A program made the translations under genes and the position numbers. From NCBI GenBank assembly GCA_963664405.1, contig OY761158.1, forward strand, positions 128,001-192,000: a DNA stretch of 64,000 bases, read 5' to 3'. Shown in pieces: positions 1 to 8,825 of the stretch. The notes below the pieces were generated by a model. It had not been told where the DNA came from and ran no database searches. It saw nothing but the letters and a program-made list of their open reading frames with translations. Origin of the DNA: Thermoanaerobaculia bacterium. GTDB lineage: Bacteria > Acidobacteriota > Thermoanaerobaculia > Multivoradales > Multivoraceae. The number at the start of each line of letters is the position of its first letter. Positions within the stretch are counted from its first letter, which is position 1.

Positions 1-1
1 G

Positions 2-130
2 GAAGCCGCCAAGAGTCCTTCTTATGCCCGCATTCTTCGCTCCTGGAAAGAGGTGCGTGACGAGAGCTACCGCTGGTTCTCGACCGCCGAGAAGAGCTTC
101 GCGGATTACGCTTTCTCTGGACTCGGCTGA
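2..130 (+). CDS. dctP: 3' end of TRAP transporter substrate-binding protein (DctP/TakP-type), partial
   Basis: Frame +2 from the window edge reads EAAKSPSYARILRSWKEVRDESYRWFSTAEKSFADYAFSGLG*, resembling the C-terminal helix of TakP-type SBPs. dctQM lie 2 kb away. Not in the ORF track. Confidence 0.7.
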   Translation, partial: EAAKSPSYARILRSWKEVRDESYRWFSTAEKSFADYAFSGLG

Positions 131-146
131 CGGTCTCAAATCAACC

Positions 147-2072
147 TCAGAGGTAACCCAGCGCTCGAAGCTCTTCGACTTCCTCTGCGGAGAGCTCCGG
201 CCGCGAGCCGTCGCGAGGCCCATCGATGCCACGCCAGCGATGGAGCGCCTCCCTCAGCTCGACCTCTTCAGGGAGCCCACGGCCCGCCAGGTTCTGCTCT
301 TCTCCCGGATCATTCGCGAGCTCGAAGAGGTACGGTCCGTCTGCGATGAAGGGATTACCCGAAGACTCCATATAGGCGTGAGTCTCAGTGCGAATACGCA
401 CGCCATTGCGCCCGGCGGCCTCGCTGAATGCGACCTCCCGAGACCGTCCGTCGCGATAAGAGAGGAGCGACTGCCCCTCGCTCGGGGGCACCTCGAGGCC
501 CGCGGCAGCAAGTAGAGTCGGGAAGAGATCGACATTTTGCGCCAAGCCTCCGTGCCGCTCGCCGCCTCTCTCCCCGCCGGGCCACCGGATCATCATCGGC
601 ACACGGGTCGTGGTCTCGAACAGACCGGCGTGGCGAAAGCGAATGCCGTGCTCGCCCAGATTCTCTCCGTGGTCGGCTACGAAGACCACGATACTCGTAT
701 CGAGATGACCCGCCTGGCGCAAGAAGCCCATCAGCCGATCGACCTGGCGATCCATGTAGGCGACCTCCCCGCGATAGAGCTCAGCGTGAGCGCCGAGGCG
801 GGCTACCTCGAGCTCGAGGTCGCCCGGAGGGCGGAATCGCGCCCACGAGCCCGTGGGCGACAAGCCCCGCGAAGAGCTCGAGCTAAGCCCCGACCAAAAA
901 GGATCGGGAGGGGTGTGGGGAGTATGGGGATCGAAGAGATGAATCCACACCAGGTACGGAGACTCGAGCGAGCTGATCTCGGTGATGGCTCGGTTTATTG
1001 TCGCCTCCGCGCTCAGCTGCTGCTGAGTATCGACGACTTCGGAGAACCCCTGACGAAGGCCCGCCTCTTCTTTGCCCAGATGCCGCACCGAGACGATCGC
1101 GAAGGTGTCGTAGCCGGCTTCGGCGAAGAGCTCCGCGAGAGTCGAGTGGCTCTCCGCCAGGCGATCCTGTAAATCGTAGACACCGTGACTTCGACCGTAG
1201 AGACCGGTCATGAGAGAGGCGAAGCTAGGGTTCGTCACATTGAAGGACGATATTGCGCTCATCCAAACCTCGCTCTCCTCGGCCAGGCGGTCGAGTGCGG
1301 GAGTGACACTTGGAGTGGCACCCCAAGCGCCCAAGGCGTCGGCTCGCAAGGTATCCGCCGTGAGCAGCACGACGTTCGGCCGTGCGCCCTTTGATGGAGG
1401 TGATACCAGAGGTCTGCGCTCGACCAATACCGGATTGGCCCAAAGAGCGCCCTCCTCCGCCACATCGCGGGTCTGGTGTCCGTCGAGAGGCTCGACACTG
1501 AGTACGAGTCGAATCGTTGTCCCCTCCCACGGAGACAGGTCTGCTGTCAGAGTGGCGGATGCAACGCGCTTCAGCTCGCCGTTGTCCGCCGAGAGCACTT
1601 CTGTAAGCTGGCTGCCCTCGAGAATAGAGACGTGGAAGCGAAAGGGTCGATCGTGCCCCTCGTTGCGAAGTGGAGTAAAAGAGAAGTACGCCGCTTCGCC
1701 CAAAGTCAGCCGGTATCGGAGCTCCGTGCCCTCACGCTGTGCGATACAGCGTACCTTTCCGGCGCGGATCTGCTGGGGACGCTCCTCCAGCGGAAGAGAG
1801 AGGTCCGGCAGGGTTCCACTCCCGAGATAGCTCAGCTTCGCGAAGTAGGCCGCTCTGGCGCGATCGTCGTCCGCAGACGTGAAGCTCACTGTCGGTTCTT
1901 CATCCCAGAGATCCACCAGTCGCCAGGCCGTTGAGACGCCAGGCGGATCCGCGGGAGCGCAGGACAGAAGCGCGGTCGACAGTCCCGAGAACAGACTCAG
2001 CAAGAGAAGGAGCCGCCCTTGCACCCTCAATGCGCCGACCCCGCCTCGGATCAGACTCGTGGGTTGGCGCAC
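147..2072 (-). CDS. Sulfatase-like hydrolase/transferase (alkaline phosphatase superfamily), probable lipoprotein with extra N-terminal domain
   Basis: PNVVLLTADTLRAD, TNPSFASLMTG, HLFDPHTP, ADHGE, LRALGYL C-terminus; LLSC lipobox-like motif. Confidence 0.85.
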   Translation of the reverse strand: MRQPTSLIRGGVGALRVQGRLLLLLSLFSGLSTALLSCAPADPPGVSTAWRLVDLWDEEPTVSFTSADDDRARAAYFAKLSYLGSGTLPDLSLPLEERPQQIRAGKVRCIAQREGTELRYRLTLGEAAYFSFTPLRNEGHDRPFRFHVSILEGSQLTEVLSADNGELKRVASATLTADLSPWEGTTIRLVLSVEPLDGHQTRDVAEEGALWANPVLVERRPLVSPPSKGARPNVVLLTADTLRADALGAWGATPSVTPALDRLAEESEVWMSAISSFNVTNPSFASLMTGLYGRSHGVYDLQDRLAESHSTLAELFAEAGYDTFAIVSVRHLGKEEAGLRQGFSEVVDTQQQLSAEATINRAITEISSLESPYLVWIHLFDPHTPHTPPDPFWSGLSSSSSRGLSPTGSWARFRPPGDLELEVARLGAHAELYRGEVAYMDRQVDRLMGFLRQAGHLDTSIVVFVADHGENLGEHGIRFRHAGLFETTTRVPMMIRWPGGERGGERHGGLAQNVDLFPTLLAAAGLEVPPSEGQSLLSYRDGRSREVAFSEAAGRNGVRIRTETHAYMESSGNPFIADGPYLFELANDPGEEQNLAGRGLPEEVELREALHRWRGIDGPRDGSRPELSAEEVEELRALGYL

Positions 2073-2076
2073 TCGC

Positions 2077-3399
2077 TCAATCGACCATTGCGAGCACCAA
2101 CTCGGGGAAGATGATGATCATCAAGAGCCCGACCAGTTGGATCAAGATGAACGGCACGGCGCCGCGATAAATCTGACTCGTCGAGATCTCCGGAGGAGCC
2201 ACTCCTCTCAGATAGAAAAGCGCGAAGCCGAAGGGTGGGGTGAGAAAGGAGGTCTGAAGGTTCATCCCGATCATGACGCCGAACCAGACCATATTCACAT
2301 CCAAGAGTCTTGCCGCCGGCGCCAGCAGAGGAATGATGATGAACGCGATCTCGAAGAAGTCGATAAAGAAGCCGAGTATGAAAACGGTGAGGTTGGTCAC
2401 AATTAGAAGACCGATCACTCCACCGGGAAGATTGGTGAGTAGATCCTCGATCCAGAGATCACCATTGAGGCCCCGAAACACAAGGGCGAAGGCGGTGGAG
2501 CCGATGAGTAGGAAGAGGACCATCGAGGTCAGGCGGGTGGTCTCGTCCATGGTCTCTTTGAGGGCCCGAAAGCTGAGCCGTCGATTCACTGCCGCCAACA
2601 GCATCGCTCCGACAGCTCCTAAGGCTCCGGCCTCCGTCGGAGTGGCGACACCGGCAAAAATGCTCCCAAGGACCAGGAGAATCAAGAAGAGTGGCGGAAC
2701 CATGACCAGCAGAACTCTTCGCAGTAGCGAAGAGCGTGCCATTGCCCGTTCACTCATCGGGAGCGCCGGAGCCATCTCGGGCCGCAACCAGGCCACGACG
2801 ACAACGTAGAGCCCAAAAAGTGAAGCCAGCATCACCCCAGGGATAAGAGAGCCGACAAATAGATCGCCAACCGAGATTCCCAACTGGTCAGCGAGTACAA
2901 CGAGCACCACACTCGGTGGAATGACCTGTCCCAAAGTTCCCGACGCGGTGATCACACCACAGGCCAGCTCCGGCGCATACCCGTAGCGCATCATCACCGG
3001 CAGAGAGATCAACCCCATCGCTACCACCGACGCCCCAACGACTCCGGTTGCCGCCGCCAGCATCGTCCCCACCACCACGACCGCGAGCGCCAAGCCCCCA
3101 CGCATCGGCCCGAACAGCAGGCCAATCGTCTTGAGGAGGTCCTCGGCGAGCTTCGACTTCTCGAGCATGGTCCCCATGAAGATGAAGAAAGGCACTGCCA
3201 GGAGGACATAGTTCGACATCACACCGAAGATTCGCTGAGGAAACGCGTAGAGGAGATTCCAGTCGAACAACCCGAGCTGAACACCGATGGCTGCGAAGAT
3301 CAGCGCCGTTCCACCCAGCGAGAAGGCCACCGGGTATCCAACGAAGATGAAGCTGAAGACCACTACGAACATGAGCGGTCCGAGAAGATCTAGGCTCAA
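2077..3399 (-). CDS. dctM: TRAP transporter large permease
   Basis: Polytopic membrane protein; GTLGQVIPPS, ATPTEAGA, SFLTPPFGFALFYLRG motifs. Confidence 0.95.
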   Translation of the reverse strand: MSLDLLGPLMFVVVFSFIFVGYPVAFSLGGTALIFAAIGVQLGLFDWNLLYAFPQRIFGVMSNYVLLAVPFFIFMGTMLEKSKLAEDLLKTIGLLFGPMRGGLALAVVVVGTMLAAATGVVGASVVAMGLISLPVMMRYGYAPELACGVITASGTLGQVIPPSVVLVVLADQLGISVGDLFVGSLIPGVMLASLFGLYVVVVAWLRPEMAPALPMSERAMARSSLLRRVLLVMVPPLFLILLVLGSIFAGVATPTEAGALGAVGAMLLAAVNRRLSFRALKETMDETTRLTSMVLFLLIGSTAFALVFRGLNGDLWIEDLLTNLPGGVIGLLIVTNLTVFILGFFIDFFEIAFIIIPLLAPAARLLDVNMVWFGVMIGMNLQTSFLTPPFGFALFYLRGVAPPEISTSQIYRGAVPFILIQLVGLLMIIIFPELVLAMVD

Positions 3400-3947
3400 A
3401 GTCGAATCTCTCCGGACGATTGCATGTCGTCGGCACCCCGTAAGAACGCGAGACGATGTATGACCTGGCTTACGGCCTGCAGCAGCAGCAACGAAAATGA
3501 GAGAAGGATCACAGCCTTGATCGGGTATCTAGGTAGACCACCGGGGTCTGATGACACCTCTCGCACCGCCCAAGAGTTGGCCACCAGAGGCCACGACGTC
3601 ACCAGCGCGAAAATGCAAAAAGGGATCAGGAACACAAGGCCACCCAGGAAGTCGACCCACGCTTGCGATCGAGGCGACAGACGACCGTAGAAGACGTCTA
3701 CGCGCACATGCGCATTGCGCTCCAAGGTGTAGGCCGCGCCGAGAAGAAAGACCACGCTGAAGAGGTACCACTGCAGCTCGATGTAGACGTTGGAGCTGAG
3801 GCTCCAGCCCATGAAACGCCCCAGGTAGCGCACTACGGCGTTGTATGCACCGATCAGAATCATCAACAGCGCAAGCCAAGAAGCCAGCGACCCCGCGGCA
3901 GCGCTGAGGCGATCGATGCCACGAGCGATAACCAGAGCGATCCTCAC
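3396..3947 (-). CDS. dctQ: TRAP transporter small permease
   Basis: 4 TM segments; ELQWYLF, HVRVDVFY, DPGGLPRYPIK; 4-nt overlap with dctM. Confidence 0.93.
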   Translation of the reverse strand: MRIALVIARGIDRLSAAAGSLASWLALLMILIGAYNAVVRYLGRFMGWSLSSNVYIELQWYLFSVVFLLGAAYTLERNAHVRVDVFYGRLSPRSQAWVDFLGGLVFLIPFCIFALVTSWPLVANSWAVREVSSDPGGLPRYPIKAVILLSFSLLLLQAVSQVIHRLAFLRGADDMQSSGEIRL

Positions 3948-3979
3948 CTCATCCCTCGCAGTTCCGAGAGACTACGTTT

Positions 3980-5098
3980 CTAAACTTCGCCCGCGTCGGC
4001 GTCGAGTCGCCCTTTGAGCAGAGCTACGCGGCTGGATTCAGGGTCGAGACTCTCGGCGCGGCGAAGCCAGCTGTGGGCTTTCTTCAGCTCGCCCTGCCTG
4101 AAGGACAGGAGTCCCATGGCAGCGAGCGACTCCGCGTTCTTGCCCTGTCTTCTGAGGGCTTTGCGATAAAAGCGACTGGCGTCCTCGTAGCGACCCCGAC
4201 GCATACTCAGGTCACCCAGAGAAAGATAGGTGAACGGGTTCCGATTGGAGCTCTTGTCCGCCATCTCCAGAAGTTCAAAGGCTTCTTCGTCCTGACCTCG
4301 GAGAGTGAGCACTGCGGCCAGGTTCTGAAGCGCAGAGGAGGAGTGGAGGTCCATCTCGAGTGCCACGCGATAGGCAGCCTCAGCCCCATCCAGGTTGCCG
4401 GAGCGACGCAATGCGACCCCCATGTTCACCCACGAGGCCGAGTACCCTGGATCAATGGCCACGGCCGATCGCAGCCAATTCAGCGCCTCATCGTAGCGTG
4501 CGAGCCGAAGCTCCTCTGCCCCTCGGTTGGAGTAGAACATCGCAATTGCTCGATAGTCGTCAGCGATACTGAGACGCCGGTACTCGGCTCCTGAAGCATC
4601 CGCGAAATCGATGATGTGCATGTCGTGACTGGGCCCATAGCCCACTGCCACGTGGTCGGAGACCACGATCAGGTCACCGTCCTTGCGGTACTTCTCGATG
4701 TCTCGAACTTCTAGGAAGTAGGCGTGGATACCGACCTCGCGCGCCATACCGACAAAGAGATGGGTGAACGCCAGGCAATTTGCCTCGCCGCTCTCGAAGA
4801 CCTCAGTCGCGGTGCCCGTATAGCCACGTGCATACTCGATACCCACATCATCCGAGAAAAGGGCGCGAGTCAGCCGGCCGATCCCGTCCTCCGCGTCCGC
4901 CGACTTGGGTACGACTTCGTGCACCCAGCGCTTCATCTCCGGAGTCAGCCGGTAAGGGACAACCAGATGTGTAGGCTCCAGACCACGCGCGCGGATCAGA
5001 CTCTCGAGCTCCCCGCGCCCTACCTTGTGAGTACCAGGGTTGGCAGAACAGCCCGCGAGGGCGAGTACGCTCAACGCTACCAGTGCGATTCGCTTCAT
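3980..5098 (-). CDS. Lipoprotein with transglutaminase-like domain and C-terminal TPR repeats
   Basis: LAGC lipobox; NCLAF..DHV..IIDF putative Cys-His-Asp triad; several TPR-like repeats (ASWVNMGVALRRSG, TYLSLGDLSMRRG). Confidence 0.8.
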   Translation of the reverse strand: MKRIALVALSVLALAGCSANPGTHKVGRGELESLIRARGLEPTHLVVPYRLTPEMKRWVHEVVPKSADAEDGIGRLTRALFSDDVGIEYARGYTGTATEVFESGEANCLAFTHLFVGMAREVGIHAYFLEVRDIEKYRKDGDLIVVSDHVAVGYGPSHDMHIIDFADASGAEYRRLSIADDYRAIAMFYSNRGAEELRLARYDEALNWLRSAVAIDPGYSASWVNMGVALRRSGNLDGAEAAYRVALEMDLHSSSALQNLAAVLTLRGQDEEAFELLEMADKSSNRNPFTYLSLGDLSMRRGRYEDASRFYRKALRRQGKNAESLAAMGLLSFRQGELKKAHSWLRRAESLDPESSRVALLKGRLDADAGEV

Positions 5099-5108
5099 CC
5101 ACTGAGCC

Positions 5109-5699
5109 TCAAGCGGGTGCGTGACCTGCCTCCTCGTCCGAATTACGTTGGCGCAGCCTTTTCGCCACCTTCACAAGTGCGAAGCTCAAGCCGACGACAA
5201 CCAGACCGAGAGCCACGATGGGCATCGCCAGAGCAGCGAGAGAAACACCAACCGCCCCGACCAGCTCAGCGGTCGAGACCAGCGGGTTGCCGAGGCCACC
5301 CGTAAAGGCTGTCGAGGTCGCGCGCAGAAACGAGGTAGAGGCCTGCACCATGCCCGCTAGCCCGCCGCCGGCGACGATCGCGAGACCCCAGCGGAGCATA
5401 GGATCCATCTCATCCACAACGCTCGCGGTTACCAACACTCCCGCGACCACCGCGGCGGGCCCTGCCAGGGTATCGAGCACATTGTCGATCCAAGGTACGT
5501 AATAGGCGGCTATCTCCGCCAGAGTCGCAACGCTCAGCGCGATGAGCGCGGGAGTTGTCGCAAGCCACTCGAAGCCGTCTACCAAGCTCACCTGTCCGGT
5601 GGCCCCGGCCGCTCCGAGCACCAGCAACGGAACAAAGACGCGAAACCCGCAGGCGGCACTCAAGGCCAGCCCTAGAGCGACAATGATTGCGGTGTCCAT
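5109..5699 (-). CDS. DUF4126 family membrane protein
   Basis: GLALSAACGFRVFVP, EIAAYYVPWIDN, TGGLGNPLVSTAE; start moved to ATG 5699, which follows AGGAG. Confidence 0.85.
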   Translation of the reverse strand: MDTAIIVALGLALSAACGFRVFVPLLVLGAAGATGQVSLVDGFEWLATTPALIALSVATLAEIAAYYVPWIDNVLDTLAGPAAVVAGVLVTASVVDEMDPMLRWGLAIVAGGGLAGMVQASTSFLRATSTAFTGGLGNPLVSTAELVGAVGVSLAALAMPIVALGLVVVGLSFALVKVAKRLRQRNSDEEAGHAPA

Positions 5700-5751
5700 G
5701 AGGAGCTCCTTAGTTGGAGAGATCCACGCGACGACCTCGACCCTAATGATA

Positions 5752-7386
5752 CTACGAGCCCGAGCCCCCCCGACGTCCAATGCCCCCAAGCGCAAGACGG
5801 GCCCTCTCGGGCGACAGGGCCAGATACACCAACGAGAAGACGCAAAGCACCACGAGGGCCTGAAGCTGAGTAGGTCGGGAGCGGAGCGCCCACCACAAAA
5901 AGCCACAGGGCGCGGCGGCGAGCAGGGCCGTCAGGACGGGTCTGACAACCAGATGCCAGGGCAGCTCGACCGACAGTGCGGGATCGAGTCTCCGCCGCAG
6001 CAGCCCGAGCTCGAACCACGAGCCCAAGACACTGGCGATCGCCAGCCCCAGGGGAGCAAGCGAATGCGCCTCGGCACCCGCAATCGGCAGCAAGGCCTCG
6101 AGTGAGACCCGATCCAGAAGGAGGCTGACTGCCGCTCCGACACTTGCCGAGATCCCCAGGCGAACAAATGCAACCCGAGCGGGAGTCTTGGTGTCGCCGA
6201 CAGCGAAGAAGATGTTCTGAAGGAGTCTGGAGATGACCGTAGAAGGAAGTCCGAGCGTATAGACCGCCAGCACGAGATACACCAGCCAGTTGTCGGCGCT
6301 GCCGAAGTTTCCTCCTCGATAGAGAAGCGCAACAACCAAATAGCCGAAAACCAGAAAGAGAACCAGGGTCGGTCCCACAAAAAAGAATGCGCGCCCGAAC
6401 GCCGTCGAAAAGCGACCGGGCACAGCCGCGGCTCGCTTACCGGGATCGAGTCGGGAGAGCTCAGGAAGCTCGACTGCGGCGACCGAGAAGCCGAAGAGCG
6501 CAATCGGCAATAGATACAGACGCTGCGCCCAGCCAAGCGCCGCGAGAGTCCCAACGGTCAAGAATGAGGCCAAGAACAGGTCGATGTAGCCGGAGAGCTG
6601 CGCGGCGCTTCGTCCAATCACAGCCGGTCCGAAGCGCGACAGGGCCTCCCTTACCCCGTCGACAGCCAAAGAAAAGCGCGGACGGAAGCCGGCCAAGAGG
6701 CGCCAGACGACCGGCAGCTGAATACCAAGCTGAAGCACGGCTCCGACGAGGGCGCCGACGCACGCGGAGACGAGAAGGCGCTCTCCCGATTCGAGGCTGA
6801 GCCTATTCCCGACGAGATCCCTGCCGGCCCAAAGAAAACCGGTGATGATGGCTGCACTCCAAAAAGCGGGAGCACAATAGGAGAGGAAGAAGCGCCGGTG
6901 GCTGTTGAGGATGCCCAGACACCACGCCGAGAGAACGAGGATCGCAGTCATCGGGAAGATGATCCGGACGCCAGTCACCGCCAACGGATAGCGGTCGACG
7001 GTGCGCAGACCCGCTTCGACCAGGGCAGCGTCACGCAGCATTCCAGAGCTGAGGAGGGCAACAAGGGGACCCGCGAACACCACCCCCACGAGAGCCACGA
7101 GGCTTGCAAGCGCTAGCAGTAGGCCAAAGATCGCCGCCGCGAAGCGACTTGCCTCCTCCTCCTTCCCCTCTCCGAGCTTGCCGGCATAGACCGGGATAAA
7201 GGACGCAGAGAGGGACTGTTCCCCGAGAAGGTTTTGGAGCAAGTTCGGACCGCGGAACACGGCCGCAAAGACATCCGAAAAGGCCGAAACTCCCAGATAG
7301 TGGGCCGCAATTTTCTCTCGCAGCAGCCCGGTAATTCGGCTCAGCAGGATTCCTGACGCGACCTGCGCCACCCGGCGATCGCTCAA
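5752..7386 (-). CDS. murJ: Lipid II flippase MurJ (MviN)
   Basis: SRITGLLRE, FRGPNLLQNLLGE, SASFIPVY, RLYLLP; MOP-type polytopic protein. Confidence 0.92.
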   Translation of the reverse strand: MSDRRVAQVASGILLSRITGLLREKIAAHYLGVSAFSDVFAAVFRGPNLLQNLLGEQSLSASFIPVYAGKLGEGKEEEASRFAAAIFGLLLALASLVALVGVVFAGPLVALLSSGMLRDAALVEAGLRTVDRYPLAVTGVRIIFPMTAILVLSAWCLGILNSHRRFFLSYCAPAFWSAAIITGFLWAGRDLVGNRLSLESGERLLVSACVGALVGAVLQLGIQLPVVWRLLAGFRPRFSLAVDGVREALSRFGPAVIGRSAAQLSGYIDLFLASFLTVGTLAALGWAQRLYLLPIALFGFSVAAVELPELSRLDPGKRAAAVPGRFSTAFGRAFFFVGPTLVLFLVFGYLVVALLYRGGNFGSADNWLVYLVLAVYTLGLPSTVISRLLQNIFFAVGDTKTPARVAFVRLGISASVGAAVSLLLDRVSLEALLPIAGAEAHSLAPLGLAIASVLGSWFELGLLRRRLDPALSVELPWHLVVRPVLTALLAAAPCGFLWWALRSRPTQLQALVVLCVFSLVYLALSPERARLALGGIGRRGGSGS

Positions 7387-7395
7387 TTCTTCACC

Positions 7396-7574
7396 CTAGA
7401 CCAGCGTTTCCAAAGTTCGCGTACATATCTCGGCCCCTTCTGCCCGCTGGCGGCGTTGGCTGGGCGCCCCCACGCTCCTCGATATATTGCCCAATATACC
7501 TGCGTCGGCGCGCCTAGCCAGCGAACAGAATGAGCTCGAGCTATGCAACCCGAACTTTGGAAACGCTGGTCTAG
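7396..7574. mobile_element. MITE-like palindromic element, 179 bp
   Basis: 24-bp perfect terminal inverted repeat CTAGACCAGCGTTTCCAAAGTTCG ... CGAACTTTGGAAACGCTGGTCTAG; central palindrome TATATTG-CC-CAATATA; internally homologous to 45093-45259. Confidence 0.85.
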
Positions 7575-8788
7575 TTCGGCGCACGGCTCAGGCGCAGCTC
7601 GAGCTGCCCCTCTCGGACAGCCCACGTCACCTCGGTCTCCTTCGAAGGCAGATCCAGGACCAGGTGGAGCTCGGGGCCGCGGTTGGTCTGGTGAAATCCG
7701 GTCCGAATGCGCTCGACCAGCGGCATGCCAACCTCCACCGTCTCAGGGCGGTAACGCTCGCCGACACCCGAAACTCGCACCAGGTAACGAGCAGGTAAGG
7801 GACCCAGCATCGTAGCGAAGATGTCCTTCGATGTGAGTGCTGCCTGAGCACGAACGGCTACCAGAGTTTGACCGTCTACGAGAGACGCATCAATCGAAAC
7901 GACTCGGTTCAGGCCGGTTGGCGAAGCCCCCTCCTCCGGGGCCTGAGTCGCGTCTCTCGCGACCGGAGTCGGTCCCGACCTGCCCGGCACCTCCTCGACA
8001 ACGCGGGCCGAGCCAACACTCAGCCCCACGGGCGCCGGCGGCGGCAGAGACACCGCCGTCGGTAGCGGTTCTACCGTGGGTATTGGAGGGCTCGTCGTCA
8101 AGGTCGTCGAGCGCTCCTGGCTCCGGTCATCTCGGCCCTCGGCCGAAGCGGTCGGCTGACGGCGCCCCTCCGAAAAAGCCCATATTGCGATAGCGGCGAC
8201 AACGAGAGCGGCTACTCCGCCGATCAGGACCCTGGCGAAAGCTGGCGACGGATCGGGGACGAGCCTCTCCTCCACCTCCCCCGCGTAAGAACCCTCTAGG
8301 CGCTCCAGCTGTGACTCGGCCTCGCGCTCGACACTGCGTTGAGCTACGACCGCCGGTGGGGCTGTCTCGGGAGCCGCAGGGAGTCGCGCCTCGGCAGGCT
8401 CCGCTTTCAGGACCGGGGTCCTGTCTGTAGGCTGGACCCTGGTCTCCGTAGCCTCTCCGAGGCTCCGAAGATGACTCTCGATTAGCGCTTTCGAATCCGG
8501 ATCGAGAGCCGTAAAGCGCAGCCCCATCGTCGAAGCTTCGCCGCGATCAGGCCGCGCGTCACGCCACCAAATAACCTCAGCTCGCCCGCGAGCGACCTCT
8601 CCACCTAGGGAGAGCTCGAACTCCACCTCCTCGGACAGAGGCGCGGATCGACTCGAAATAACCCCGACGCCGGTAGTCGAGAGGTCGGCGGCCTGCGCCT
8701 CGAAGTGAGAGTCGTTGCGCAGCCGCAGACGGATGGCCTCGGCAAGCCTTGCGCGAGGCGACTCCCGAAGTCGGATCCCCTGTGCCAC
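7571..8788 (-). CDS. PilZ-domain, single-TM protein with Pro-rich linker and C-terminal AMIN-like domain
   Basis: RESPR (RxxxR) and DLSTTG (DxSxxG) PilZ motifs, MGLRF; TM VLIGGVAALVVAAIAIWAF; C-terminal PARYLVRV..VERIRTGFH..LHLVLDL is AMIN-like. Confidence 0.75.
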   Translation of the reverse strand: MAQGIRLRESPRARLAEAIRLRLRNDSHFEAQAADLSTTGVGVISSRSAPLSEEVEFELSLGGEVARGRAEVIWWRDARPDRGEASTMGLRFTALDPDSKALIESHLRSLGEATETRVQPTDRTPVLKAEPAEARLPAAPETAPPAVVAQRSVEREAESQLERLEGSYAGEVEERLVPDPSPAFARVLIGGVAALVVAAIAIWAFSEGRRQPTASAEGRDDRSQERSTTLTTSPPIPTVEPLPTAVSLPPPAPVGLSVGSARVVEEVPGRSGPTPVARDATQAPEEGASPTGLNRVVSIDASLVDGQTLVAVRAQAALTSKDIFATMLGPLPARYLVRVSGVGERYRPETVEVGMPLVERIRTGFHQTNRGPELHLVLDLPSKETEVTWAVREGQLELRLSRAPN

Positions 8789-8825
8789 TCGAGCCTGCCG
8801 CTCTCTCTAGCTCCGCATCGAGCCG

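Noticed and set aside
7383-7625. Small ORFs inside the MITE-like elements (7383..7625, 7396..7584, 45096..45281)
   Set aside because: They are translations of the palindromic element, are not frame-conserved between the two copies, and show no protein motifs.
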